The translations under genes and the position numbers were made by a program. Of a DNA stretch of 64,000 nt, positions 44,479 to 52,366 are shown piece after piece. The stretch lies in sequence record PV340856.1. One strand, written 5' to 3'. Positions within the stretch are counted from its first letter, which is position 1, and every line of letters starts with the position of its first letter. The notes under the pieces are model-generated. The model was not told the origin of the DNA and did not search any database. It saw only the letters and a list, made by a program, of their open reading frames with translations.

Positions 44479-45185
44479 CAGTATATTATCCTTGGAATAG
44501 GTAGAAATATTGATTGAGCGAGTCTATACACCTGTTGATCAAAGTGACCTGGATGTTGATATACACCATGAAGAAAATTATCTGGATATACAATCAATCT
44601 ATTGTATTTCATTTCTGCTAAGTGAACAAGTTCCCAAGGACCAACACTATCTCTTACAATATCTTCGTTCCAGATTCCAGATTGGTTTACATCAACACAA
44701 CTCATTCCCTTATAAGTATAAAATCCAGTGCCACCATGACATTCTTCTGGCGTGTTTAAATAAATTACACCTGCCCAACCCCTAACTAAATTTTTACTAT
44801 CTATAGGAGAATCTACGTGTGGAATAAGTACTTGATCTGATGCAGTTACATTTACCGAGAATGTAAGTTGTTTGCATCCAAAGACAAATCGTTCTTCTTC
44901 TTCTTTTGACAATCCATAAACTGATTTGGCTATGTCAATCCAGATTGGAACTAAATGATCAAGATCAAAATTTGCACTAACTCTACCACCTGGAACTGCT
45001 CCACAAATTCTTCGATTAAAAGTTGGAGGAATTCTTAGAGCCAAATCTCGAACCTGATCGGGATTTTTATAGAAGTTATCGATGTATACGATTGGTTTTT
45101 CTTCCCACCCCATTAACTCTACTCTTGCATCCAATTCATCATTGATTGCAAAGACTTCGGATTCATTTATAAAGTACTTTTTCAT
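44478..45185 (-). CDS. 2OG-Fe(II) oxygenase-like protein (DUF6445-like), copy B
   Basis: IDNFYKNPDQVR, PHVDS, WAGVIYLN, GGTGFY, MKYNRLIVY, FLHG, YRL; paralogue of 35904..36536; TGATG coupling to hldD. Confidence 0.7.
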   Translation of the reverse strand: MKKYFINESEVFAINDELDARVELMGWEEKPIVYIDNFYKNPDQVRDLALRIPPTFNRRICGAVPGGRVSANFDLDHLVPIWIDIAKSVYGLSKEEEERFVFGCKQLTFSVNVTASDQVLIPHVDSPIDSKNLVRGWAGVIYLNTPEECHGGTGFYTYKGMSCVDVNQSGIWNEDIVRDSVGPWELVHLAEMKYNRLIVYPDNFLHGVYQHPGHFDQQVYRLAQSIFLPIPRIIY

Positions 45186-45189
45186 GAGA

Positions 45190-45197
45190 CATAAATA
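45190..45197 (+). promoter_or_regulatory. Probable late promoter CATAAATA upstream of gp13
   Basis: TAAATA box 27 bp before the reassigned gp13 ATG. Confidence 0.55.
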
Positions 45198-45223
45198 TGT
45201 TGAGAACCCTATTATTATTAGGA

Positions 45224-46042
45224 ATGGCTAAGCCCTCCAGCAGAGAAGAATTGAAGCAATATTGCCTCAGGAAACTTGGAAAGCCAGTATTGGAAGTTAA
45301 CGTTGATGATGATCAAATCGAAGATCTGATTGACGATGCAATCCAATTATACCATGAAAGACATGGAGAGGGGATAGATCGAGTATTTCTTAAGCATAAA
45401 CTTCTAGAGACAGAAAAACAAACATTAGTGGGAATTGCTAGTACAACTACAGGTACAAGCAGCCACGGTGGTATTTCTATGATGGAATATGAGGAAGGTG
45501 CAAACTATCTTCCTCTTCCAGAATCTGTTATTGGAGTCAATAAAGTATTTAAGATCGACTCTTCCTCAGTGTCTGATGGATTGTTTAATATTAAATATCA
45601 ACTCTTCCTTAATGATTTATACTACTACGGAGCAGTTGATTTATTGAACTATTCGATGGTCAAGTCATACTTAGAAACTCTTGATTATCTAATCAACCCA
45701 GATGCACAGGTAAGATTTAATAAGAAAAATAATAGACTTTATCTAGATATAACCCTAAAGGACCTACAGAGCAATCACTATTTGCTCTTAGATTGTTACA
45801 GGATTGTAGATCCAGAAAGTGAGACTGCTGTATACAATGACCCATGGGTCAAGAGATATACAACGTCTTTAATTAAGAGACAGTGGGGTCAGAACCTTAT
45901 CAAGTTCCAAGGAGTTAAACTTCCTGGTGGACTTGAGATGAACGGTAGACAACTGTTTGATGATGCTCAAAGAGAACTTGAGGATCATGAACAGAAACTG
46001 ATGACCGAATACGCTATGCCACCTCTAGACATGATAGGATAA
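45224..46042 (+). CDS. gp13: Neck protein gp13
   Basis: MAKPSSREELKQYCLRKLGKPVLEVNVDDDQIEDLIDDA...WVKRYTTSLIKRQWGQNLIKFQGVKLPGG.EMNGRQ; start reassigned to 45224. Confidence 0.93.
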   Translation: MAKPSSREELKQYCLRKLGKPVLEVNVDDDQIEDLIDDAIQLYHERHGEGIDRVFLKHKLLETEKQTLVGIASTTTGTSSHGGISMMEYEEGANYLPLPESVIGVNKVFKIDSSSVSDGLFNIKYQLFLNDLYYYGAVDLLNYSMVKSYLETLDYLINPDAQVRFNKKNNRLYLDITLKDLQSNHYLLLDCYRIVDPESETAVYNDPWVKRYTTSLIKRQWGQNLIKFQGVKLPGGLEMNGRQLFDDAQRELEDHEQKLMTEYAMPPLDMIG

Positions 46043-48333
46043 TGCCCCTAAATCCATTTTTTCTACACGGTTCACCAAGCGAACAAAGATTGGTTCAGGA
46101 TTTGGTTAACGAGCATTTGAAAATGTTCGGTCAGGATGTTTTGTATATGCCTCGGAGGATTGTTAATGAGCAAACAGTTATTAAAGAAATAACTGCATCT
46201 AGGTTTGACGATAGTTTCCGACTCGAAGCATACTTAGTAAATTTTGATGGATTTGGAAGTCCTTCGGAGATTCTATCAAAGTTTGGTGTTAGATCGCAAG
46301 ATGAAATTCAGTTGGTCATTTCAAAGGAAAGGTATGATGATTTCATCTCTCCTTTGTTGAAGTTGTGGCCAGAGGATGAGATTAAAGTTGCTACTAGACC
46401 TCAGGAAGGAGATCTAATCTATCTTCCTCTAGATAATGCGTTATTTGAGATTAAGTTTGTAGAGACAAAAGTTCCTTTCTACCAACTCAATGATCTTTAT
46501 ATGTATGAATTAAGATGTGAAATCTTTGAGTATGAAGATGAAATCATTGATCTTCCAGATACTCTTGCTGGTGTAAATGGTGATGAGGTTATGGAGCCCA
46601 TTGGTATGGGGGGACAGTTTATATCCCTACAACTATCGAAAGATACGTACACCAATGCAACGGCTTCCGTATCTCTTGCTTCAACTATTTTTGGCACGAA
46701 ATCGGTACAATATATTAGATTGTTTGATGACGGTAATTATAAAGGAACTCCAACCGTATACATTTCAAAACCAACCAGAGGTAAACAAGCAACTGGTATT
46801 GCTACAGCGGTTAATGGACGTGTAAATGATCTAACTATTGATTTTGGCGGAACAAATTACATTCAGATTCCACAAGTAACGTTTACGCCACCAAACAGAA
46901 CAATAGCAACGCAAATAAAGTTTGGAAATAACTCCCTTTATCATGACAATGCTCAGGATACGGAGCAATCGAGATTTGAGTTCCCAACAAACATTGACTC
47001 TAGAGATACTGAGGATGGAAGATTGTCCTTTAGTATGTGGTTCTATCCAACCACGTTTACTCCGAACCCAAGTTATGGTGGAGTTATTTTGTGGTCTGAT
47101 AGAATCAAACTATACCATAGAGATTCTGGAACTGTAGTTTTTGCTTCTGGATCTACTGCTATTGAAAATCCAAATCCACTTACATTGAATACATGGAACT
47201 TCATTAGAATCGAACAGCATGGTTCCAATGCCAAACTCTGTGTGAATGGTAATCCTGGATCTGAATATAGTAATGCAGACCCAATCATGTTCTTTACGAA
47301 CAACCAATTGCATTATGGGGCTGATGCTTCTGGTCTAGGCAAACTAAACACAATCAGAGATGGATATATTGGATATCTCGATCACGTAACTCTCAATCTT
47401 ACTGGGGATACTTCTTTTAGAACTGATAGTGAATCTCTTGTCCCAACAACAACCTCAGAACAAGAAATAGATACACCAACGTCTAGAACAGCTCAGTTCG
47501 TTGAGAATTTAAATAACGAATATCCAGAAGTATATGCTTCTCTAAATGATGAGAGAGAAGTATCTGGTCTACAAATTGTTTATGGTGGTAGTGGATATAT
47601 TTCCGATCCATTGATGATTATCGAAAAACCAGATCTCGGTCAACAGGCAACAGCAGTTGCTATTATGACTAGCAGAACTGGAGTTCCCAATAAGTCAATT
47701 GATAGAATTCTACTAAACAACCCAGGAACTGGATATACGACTCCACCATCCATTACTTTTAGAGGTGGTAAGCCAACATCGGTAGCCATTGCTACTGCTA
47801 TAGTATCGACTGGTGTCCTCGGACCAGTTGGAATTGACACCGCTGGATTTGGATATAACTTTAAACCAACTGTAGGAATCACTTCTGTGTTTATTCCTCA
47901 GTCTGTTGATACTACAGACTTGATTAAAAATGCAAAAGCAGAATCAGTCGTAAGTACAGGATCTAGTATTACAAAAATAAGATTCTCGAATGCAGGAACT
48001 GGATATACATCCGTAATACCAAACATAGAAATTGAAGAAGTTATAAATCCAGTCTTTGGCGACTTCGTAATTGGTGAATCTGTAAGAGGAGTTTCTAGTG
48101 GAACTAGTGCAATTGTTGCTTCTTGGGATGCTGGTAACAGAATCCTCAAGCTTGGAAATGCAACTGGAGATTTTCAATTTGGAGAAACAATCGTTGGCGC
48201 AGGAGCTAGTCATACTATTGCAAGTTTCTTTAATGAGTATGATGATAATGGATTTGCATCTAATGATGATATTGAGTTTGAAGCTGATCAAATTATAGAC
48301 TTCACAGAGAGGAATCCTTTTGGGGAAGTCTAA
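46042..48333 (+). CDS. gp14: Neck protein gp14 with large internal insertion (LamG-like domain)
   Basis: MPLNPFFLHGSPSEQRLVQDLVNE...PQEGDLIYLP...FYQL..LYMYELRCEIFEY and C-terminal IIDFTERNPFGE; 763 aa. Confidence 0.88.
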   Translation: MPLNPFFLHGSPSEQRLVQDLVNEHLKMFGQDVLYMPRRIVNEQTVIKEITASRFDDSFRLEAYLVNFDGFGSPSEILSKFGVRSQDEIQLVISKERYDDFISPLLKLWPEDEIKVATRPQEGDLIYLPLDNALFEIKFVETKVPFYQLNDLYMYELRCEIFEYEDEIIDLPDTLAGVNGDEVMEPIGMGGQFISLQLSKDTYTNATASVSLASTIFGTKSVQYIRLFDDGNYKGTPTVYISKPTRGKQATGIATAVNGRVNDLTIDFGGTNYIQIPQVTFTPPNRTIATQIKFGNNSLYHDNAQDTEQSRFEFPTNIDSRDTEDGRLSFSMWFYPTTFTPNPSYGGVILWSDRIKLYHRDSGTVVFASGSTAIENPNPLTLNTWNFIRIEQHGSNAKLCVNGNPGSEYSNADPIMFFTNNQLHYGADASGLGKLNTIRDGYIGYLDHVTLNLTGDTSFRTDSESLVPTTTSEQEIDTPTSRTAQFVENLNNEYPEVYASLNDEREVSGLQIVYGGSGYISDPLMIIEKPDLGQQATAVAIMTSRTGVPNKSIDRILLNNPGTGYTTPPSITFRGGKPTSVAIATAIVSTGVLGPVGIDTAGFGYNFKPTVGITSVFIPQSVDTTDLIKNAKAESVVSTGSSITKIRFSNAGTGYTSVIPNIEIEEVINPVFGDFVIGESVRGVSSGTSAIVASWDAGNRILKLGNATGDFQFGETIVGAGASHTIASFFNEYDDNGFASNDDIEFEADQIIDFTERNPFGEV

Positions 48334-48353
48334 ATAATTAAAAATACTGTATT

Positions 48354-49433
48354 ATGTTAAGCTCTCATTTTTATCACGAAATCATCAGGAAGGTAATTAT
48401 TTCCTTCGGAACCCTATTTAATGGGATTGAAATTAAGCATCAAGATAAAAATGATAATACCTTTAGTGTCATCAATGTTCCCATTTCATATGGACCGACT
48501 CAAAAATTCTTGGCACGACTAGAACAGAGTAGGGATTTGAGATCTCCTGGTAAACCAGCTGGTGCATTGACATTGCCAAGGATGTCATTTGAAATGATTG
48601 GTGTTCAGTACGACGCTAGTAGAAAAATTTCTACTATGCAAACATTTAAAGCTGTTAATAAAGAGAGCAATAAGTTGATTAAGGGATACATGCCAGTTCC
48701 CTATAATATCAATATGCAATTAAGCATTCTAACAAAACTTAACGAAGATGCTTTGCAAATTTTAGAACAAATTTTACCATATTTTCAACCATCATTCAAT
48801 CTTACAGTAAATCTCTCTGACACAATTGGAGAATCAAGAGATATTCCAATTACATTAGAGGCGATTCAGATGGATGATAATTATGAGGGGGACTTCTTGA
48901 CCAGAAGAGCCCTTATCTACACACTAAACTTTACTTGTAAGGCATACCTTTACGGACCTATCAACCCCACTACAGATGGACTTATCAAGAAAGTTCAGGT
49001 CGATTACATGCAAGGGACCGAAAATATTAAAACTCCAAATAGACAACTTAGATATACTGCTGTTCCAGTAGCAATAAAAGATTATGATAATGACGATACT
49101 GCTAGAACTGGAGAAGTATTTAATGAAATCGTAACAGCGTTTGCGGTTTCAGATTCAACTCCATTTATCGAAAATACTTATATTCAAGTAGATGATGAAG
49201 TAATGAGAATTAAATCGAAGAGTGGACAAAGATTGCATGTTTCTAGGGGAGAATATGGAACAAGTGCTGTTCCTCATGATATCGACGTTCCAATTAATGC
49301 AATTACTGCTCAGGATGACTCGTTTGTTGAATCAAATTTGGATGATGATGATTTTGGATTTGGTGAAACCAGAACAGAATTCATGGATGGGCAAGTATAT
49401 AGCATTAGTCAAAGTAGAGATTCCGATCTATGA
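48354..49433 (+). CDS. gp15: Tail sheath stabiliser/terminator gp15
   Basis: FYHEIIRKVIISFGTLFNGI...VPISYGPTQKFLARL...LPRMSFE...PVPYNI...QILEQILPYFQP; TCTAAATA late box at 48329-48336. Confidence 0.92.
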   Translation: MLSSHFYHEIIRKVIISFGTLFNGIEIKHQDKNDNTFSVINVPISYGPTQKFLARLEQSRDLRSPGKPAGALTLPRMSFEMIGVQYDASRKISTMQTFKAVNKESNKLIKGYMPVPYNINMQLSILTKLNEDALQILEQILPYFQPSFNLTVNLSDTIGESRDIPITLEAIQMDDNYEGDFLTRRALIYTLNFTCKAYLYGPINPTTDGLIKKVQVDYMQGTENIKTPNRQLRYTAVPVAIKDYDNDDTARTGEVFNEIVTAFAVSDSTPFIENTYIQVDDEVMRIKSKSGQRLHVSRGEYGTSAVPHDIDVPINAITAQDDSFVESNLDDDDFGFGETRTEFMDGQVYSISQSRDSDL

Positions 49434-49858
49434 ATATGAATTTTGATGAGATTGATAAGTCTTTGGACATTACTCCTTCAGAAGTAGTGCCTGAAGAAAA
49501 ACCCGTTGCCAAAAAGAAACCTGTACGAGAGGAGAAACCTGATATTGATCGGGATTATGAATATACTAGAGGTCATCTATATTCTTTGATTGAGAAGGGA
49601 CAAGAAGCAATTGATGGAATTCTTGAATTATCTCAACAATCTGATTCTCCCAGAGCATATGAAGTTGCTGGACAATTAATTAAGAACGTTGCAGACACAA
49701 CAGATAAGTTGATGGATCTCCAAAAGAAATTGAAAGATGTTAACGAAGAATCTAAAAAAGGTCCAACCAATGTCACTAACAATGCCTTATTTGTTGGAAG
49801 TACAGCTGATTTGCAAAAAATGTTGAAACAGGCATCTAAAGACAATCAATCTAAATAA
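49430..49858 (+). CDS. gp16: Terminase small subunit gp16
   Basis: DYEYTRGHLYSLIEKGQEAIDGILE..SPRAYEVAGQLIK..TTDKLMDLQKK...NNALFVGSTADLQKML. Confidence 0.92.
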   Translation: MNMNFDEIDKSLDITPSEVVPEEKPVAKKKPVREEKPDIDRDYEYTRGHLYSLIEKGQEAIDGILELSQQSDSPRAYEVAGQLIKNVADTTDKLMDLQKKLKDVNEESKKGPTNVTNNALFVGSTADLQKMLKQASKDNQSK

Positions 49859-49879
49859 ACGTGTAGATGTCTCCGAAAC

Positions 49880-50128
49880 ATGAAGTCATTTCAAAAATTT
49901 CTGGGTGAAGGTGTGGAGAGAATTGCACAATATGGAAATTATTACAGCATAACTTTAGTTTTTAGGGGATCAACCAGAACTCTTCAAATGTTCTTTCCAC
50001 AAAGAGGAAGACCTATGAAGAAAGATGTCCAGAATGAAGTCGAAAAAGTATATCCTGGAGCAAAAGTAATTTACTTTTATCCTGCAGTAAAAGATCCTAG
50101 AGAACCTCTTTTTATGGTAAACCCCTGA
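49880..50128 (+). CDS. Small hypothetical protein, possible internal head protein
   Basis: 82-aa ORF between gp16 and gp17 preceded by CTAAATA (49851-49857); starts MKSFQKFLGE. Confidence 0.6.
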   Translation: MKSFQKFLGEGVERIAQYGNYYSITLVFRGSTRTLQMFFPQRGRPMKKDVQNEVEKVYPGAKVIYFYPAVKDPREPLFMVNP

Positions 50129-50135
50129 ATGTCTT

Positions 50136-51788
50136 ATGAGTGATAATATATATCTTGGTAATCCTAATCTTAAAAAGTCCAACGTTGCTATTCAGTGGAC
50201 TCAAGAACAGGTAAAGGAATATTTGAAATGTAAGGAAGATCCATTATATTTTGCAGCCAATTACGTAAAGATTATTAGTCTTGATGAAGGTTTAGTTCCT
50301 TTCAAGATGTATGATTTTCAGGAAAAACTTATTCAAAATTTCCATCGGAACAGATTCAATATCTGTAAGATGCCTCGACAGTCGGGAAAGTCAACAACTG
50401 TTGTTTCATATCTCCTACATTACGCACTCTTTAACGATAGCGTTACTATTGGTATACTCGCAAACAAGGCTGCAACTGCCAGAGAACTATTGGGTAGGCT
50501 TCAGACTGCATATGAGGCACTACCTCATTGGATGCAACAAGGTATCGTTGCCTGGAACAAAGGTTCCATGGAATTAGAAAATAAATCAAAGATTATTGCG
50601 GCATCCACATCCGCATCTGCCGTTCGAGGCATGTCGTTTAATATTATTTTCTTGGACGAATTTGCATTCATTCCAAATCATATTGCAGATGAGTTTTTTA
50701 GTTCTGTATATCCTACCATTTCATCTGGTAAATCCACAAAGGTAATTATCGTTTCTACCCCCAAGGGTATGAATCATTTCTATCGATTGTGGCACGACTC
50801 AGAACTGAATAGAAATGAATATGTAAATACTGAGGTTCACTGGTCAGAAGTTCCTGGTCGTGACGAGGCTTGGAAAGAACAGACAATTAAAAACACATCA
50901 GAAGCTCAGTTCCGAGTTGAGTTTGAATGTGAGTTCTTGGGATCTGTTGATACTTTGATTGCTCCATCAAAGCTTAAGTCAATGGTATATGATGAACCAA
51001 TCAATACCGCCAAGAATGGTGGAGAAATATACGCACATCCACTAGAGAAACATACTTATGTAATTACTGTTGACGTTGCAAGAGGCGTAGAAAAAGACTA
51101 TTCAGCTTTCATCGTATTTGATACTACGGAGTTTCCATATAGAGTAGTTGCAAAGTATAGAAACAATTCTATCAAACCAATGTTATTTCCAAATATTATT
51201 TGGGAATTTGCAAAAGCATACAATGATGCATATATCTTATGTGAAGTAAACGATATTGGAGATCAGATTGCCGCAACAATTCAATACGATTTAGAATATC
51301 AAAATCTTCTCATGTGTTCTATGAGAGGTCGTGCTGGTCAATTAGTCGGTCAAGGATTTTCTGGTAAAAAGACACAACTAGGTGTGAAGATGTCCAAGAC
51401 TGTCAAAAAAATTGGAGCATTGAATCTAAAAACAATGATTGAATCTGATAAGTTATTGATATCTGATTATCATATCATTGCAGAACTTACTACATTTATT
51501 CAGAAAAATAATTCTTTTGAAGCAGAAGAAGGTTGTAATGACGACCTTGCAATGTGTCTTGTTATTTTTGCTTGGCTAGTTCAACAGGAATACTTTAAAG
51601 AGATGTCAGATGATGATATTAGAAAGAGAATCTATGATGATCAAAGAGACCAGATTGAACAGGATATGGCACCATTCGGATTTGTCAGCGATGGTATCAA
51701 TGAAGAAACATCATTCGTAGATAGTACTGGAGATAGATGGCATACCGATGAATATGGTGATATGTCTCACATGTGGGATTATCAATGA
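50136..51788 (+). CDS. gp17: Terminase large subunit gp17
   Basis: YLGNPNLKK, Walker A PRQSGKST, Walker B IIFLDEFAF, nuclease DVARG..DYS and DDLAM motifs. Confidence 0.96.
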   Translation: MSDNIYLGNPNLKKSNVAIQWTQEQVKEYLKCKEDPLYFAANYVKIISLDEGLVPFKMYDFQEKLIQNFHRNRFNICKMPRQSGKSTTVVSYLLHYALFNDSVTIGILANKAATARELLGRLQTAYEALPHWMQQGIVAWNKGSMELENKSKIIAASTSASAVRGMSFNIIFLDEFAFIPNHIADEFFSSVYPTISSGKSTKVIIVSTPKGMNHFYRLWHDSELNRNEYVNTEVHWSEVPGRDEAWKEQTIKNTSEAQFRVEFECEFLGSVDTLIAPSKLKSMVYDEPINTAKNGGEIYAHPLEKHTYVITVDVARGVEKDYSAFIVFDTTEFPYRVVAKYRNNSIKPMLFPNIIWEFAKAYNDAYILCEVNDIGDQIAATIQYDLEYQNLLMCSMRGRAGQLVGQGFSGKKTQLGVKMSKTVKKIGALNLKTMIESDKLLISDYHIIAELTTFIQKNNSFEAEEGCNDDLAMCLVIFAWLVQQEYFKEMSDDDIRKRIYDDQRDQIEQDMAPFGFVSDGINEETSFVDSTGDRWHTDEYGDMSHMWDYQ

Positions 51789-52030
51789 TTAAATTTTTAA
51801 AATTATTGAGTAATGTGGTTGATCCAAATTGGTGGGCAGAAGTTGTTGGTAAAAAATCTGGTTTATATGCTTTAGCAAGCAAACCAAATAAATTTAAAGA
51901 GTGGAAGTTAAAGCAACCATTATGGAAACAAGCATTCATTGAAATTTTAATGTTCACACTTTTAGCATTAGCCTTTGAACCAGTATTGAATACATTGGGT
52001 TATTCGATGCTCCCTTGGAGATGGTTCTGA
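51785..52030 (+). CDS. Small hypothetical protein with a hydrophobic C-terminal segment
   Basis: ATGA overlap with the gp17 stop; AFIEILMFTLLALAFEPV predicted membrane helix. Confidence 0.55.
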   Translation: MIKFLKLLSNVVDPNWWAEVVGKKSGLYALASKPNKFKEWKLKQPLWKQAFIEILMFTLLALAFEPVLNTLGYSMLPWRWF

Positions 52031-52278
52031 TGGACTTAGATGAAGAGTTTAAATTAAGTCACCTACTTTTACAGGAGAGGAAGTGTAGGTCTTGTAACCA
52101 GATAAAAGACTTATTAACTGATTTTTACAGAACACGTAGAGATAGAACATCATATTCCGCATATTCATATGAGTGCAAAGAATGTACTATTAAAAGAGTT
52201 GTGGAATCCAGAAAGCAAAAATCAGAGATGCCATACAATATAGTTCTTGGAATAGATGATGTATATCCAGACTGGTAA
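52030..52278 (+). CDS. Small CxxC...CxxC zinc-finger protein
   Basis: KCRSC...YECKEC; TGATG coupling to the upstream ORF. Confidence 0.65.
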   Translation: MDLDEEFKLSHLLLQERKCRSCNQIKDLLTDFYRTRRDRTSYSAYSYECKECTIKRVVESRKQKSEMPYNIVLGIDDVYPDW

Positions 52279-52366
52279 AGTGTTCATGCATTGTTTCCCC
52301 ACTTAAAAACTAGCAAATTCTAAATAATAACAGATAAAAAATGGACTTCTTCAAGAGGAACTAACA

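Noticed and set aside
35904-45185. TET/JBP-type DNA hypermodification cluster as the primary interpretation
   Set aside because: Downgraded, not excluded. The oxygenases look P4H-, DUF6445- and TIGR02466-like rather than TET/JBP, there is no methylase or dNMP hydroxymethylase in the window, and the cassette sits in the late structural module.
50136-51788. Intein or intron in terminase, portal or capsid genes
   Set aside because: gp17, gp20 and gp23 are contiguous and of ordinary length, with no intein or homing-endonuclease motifs.
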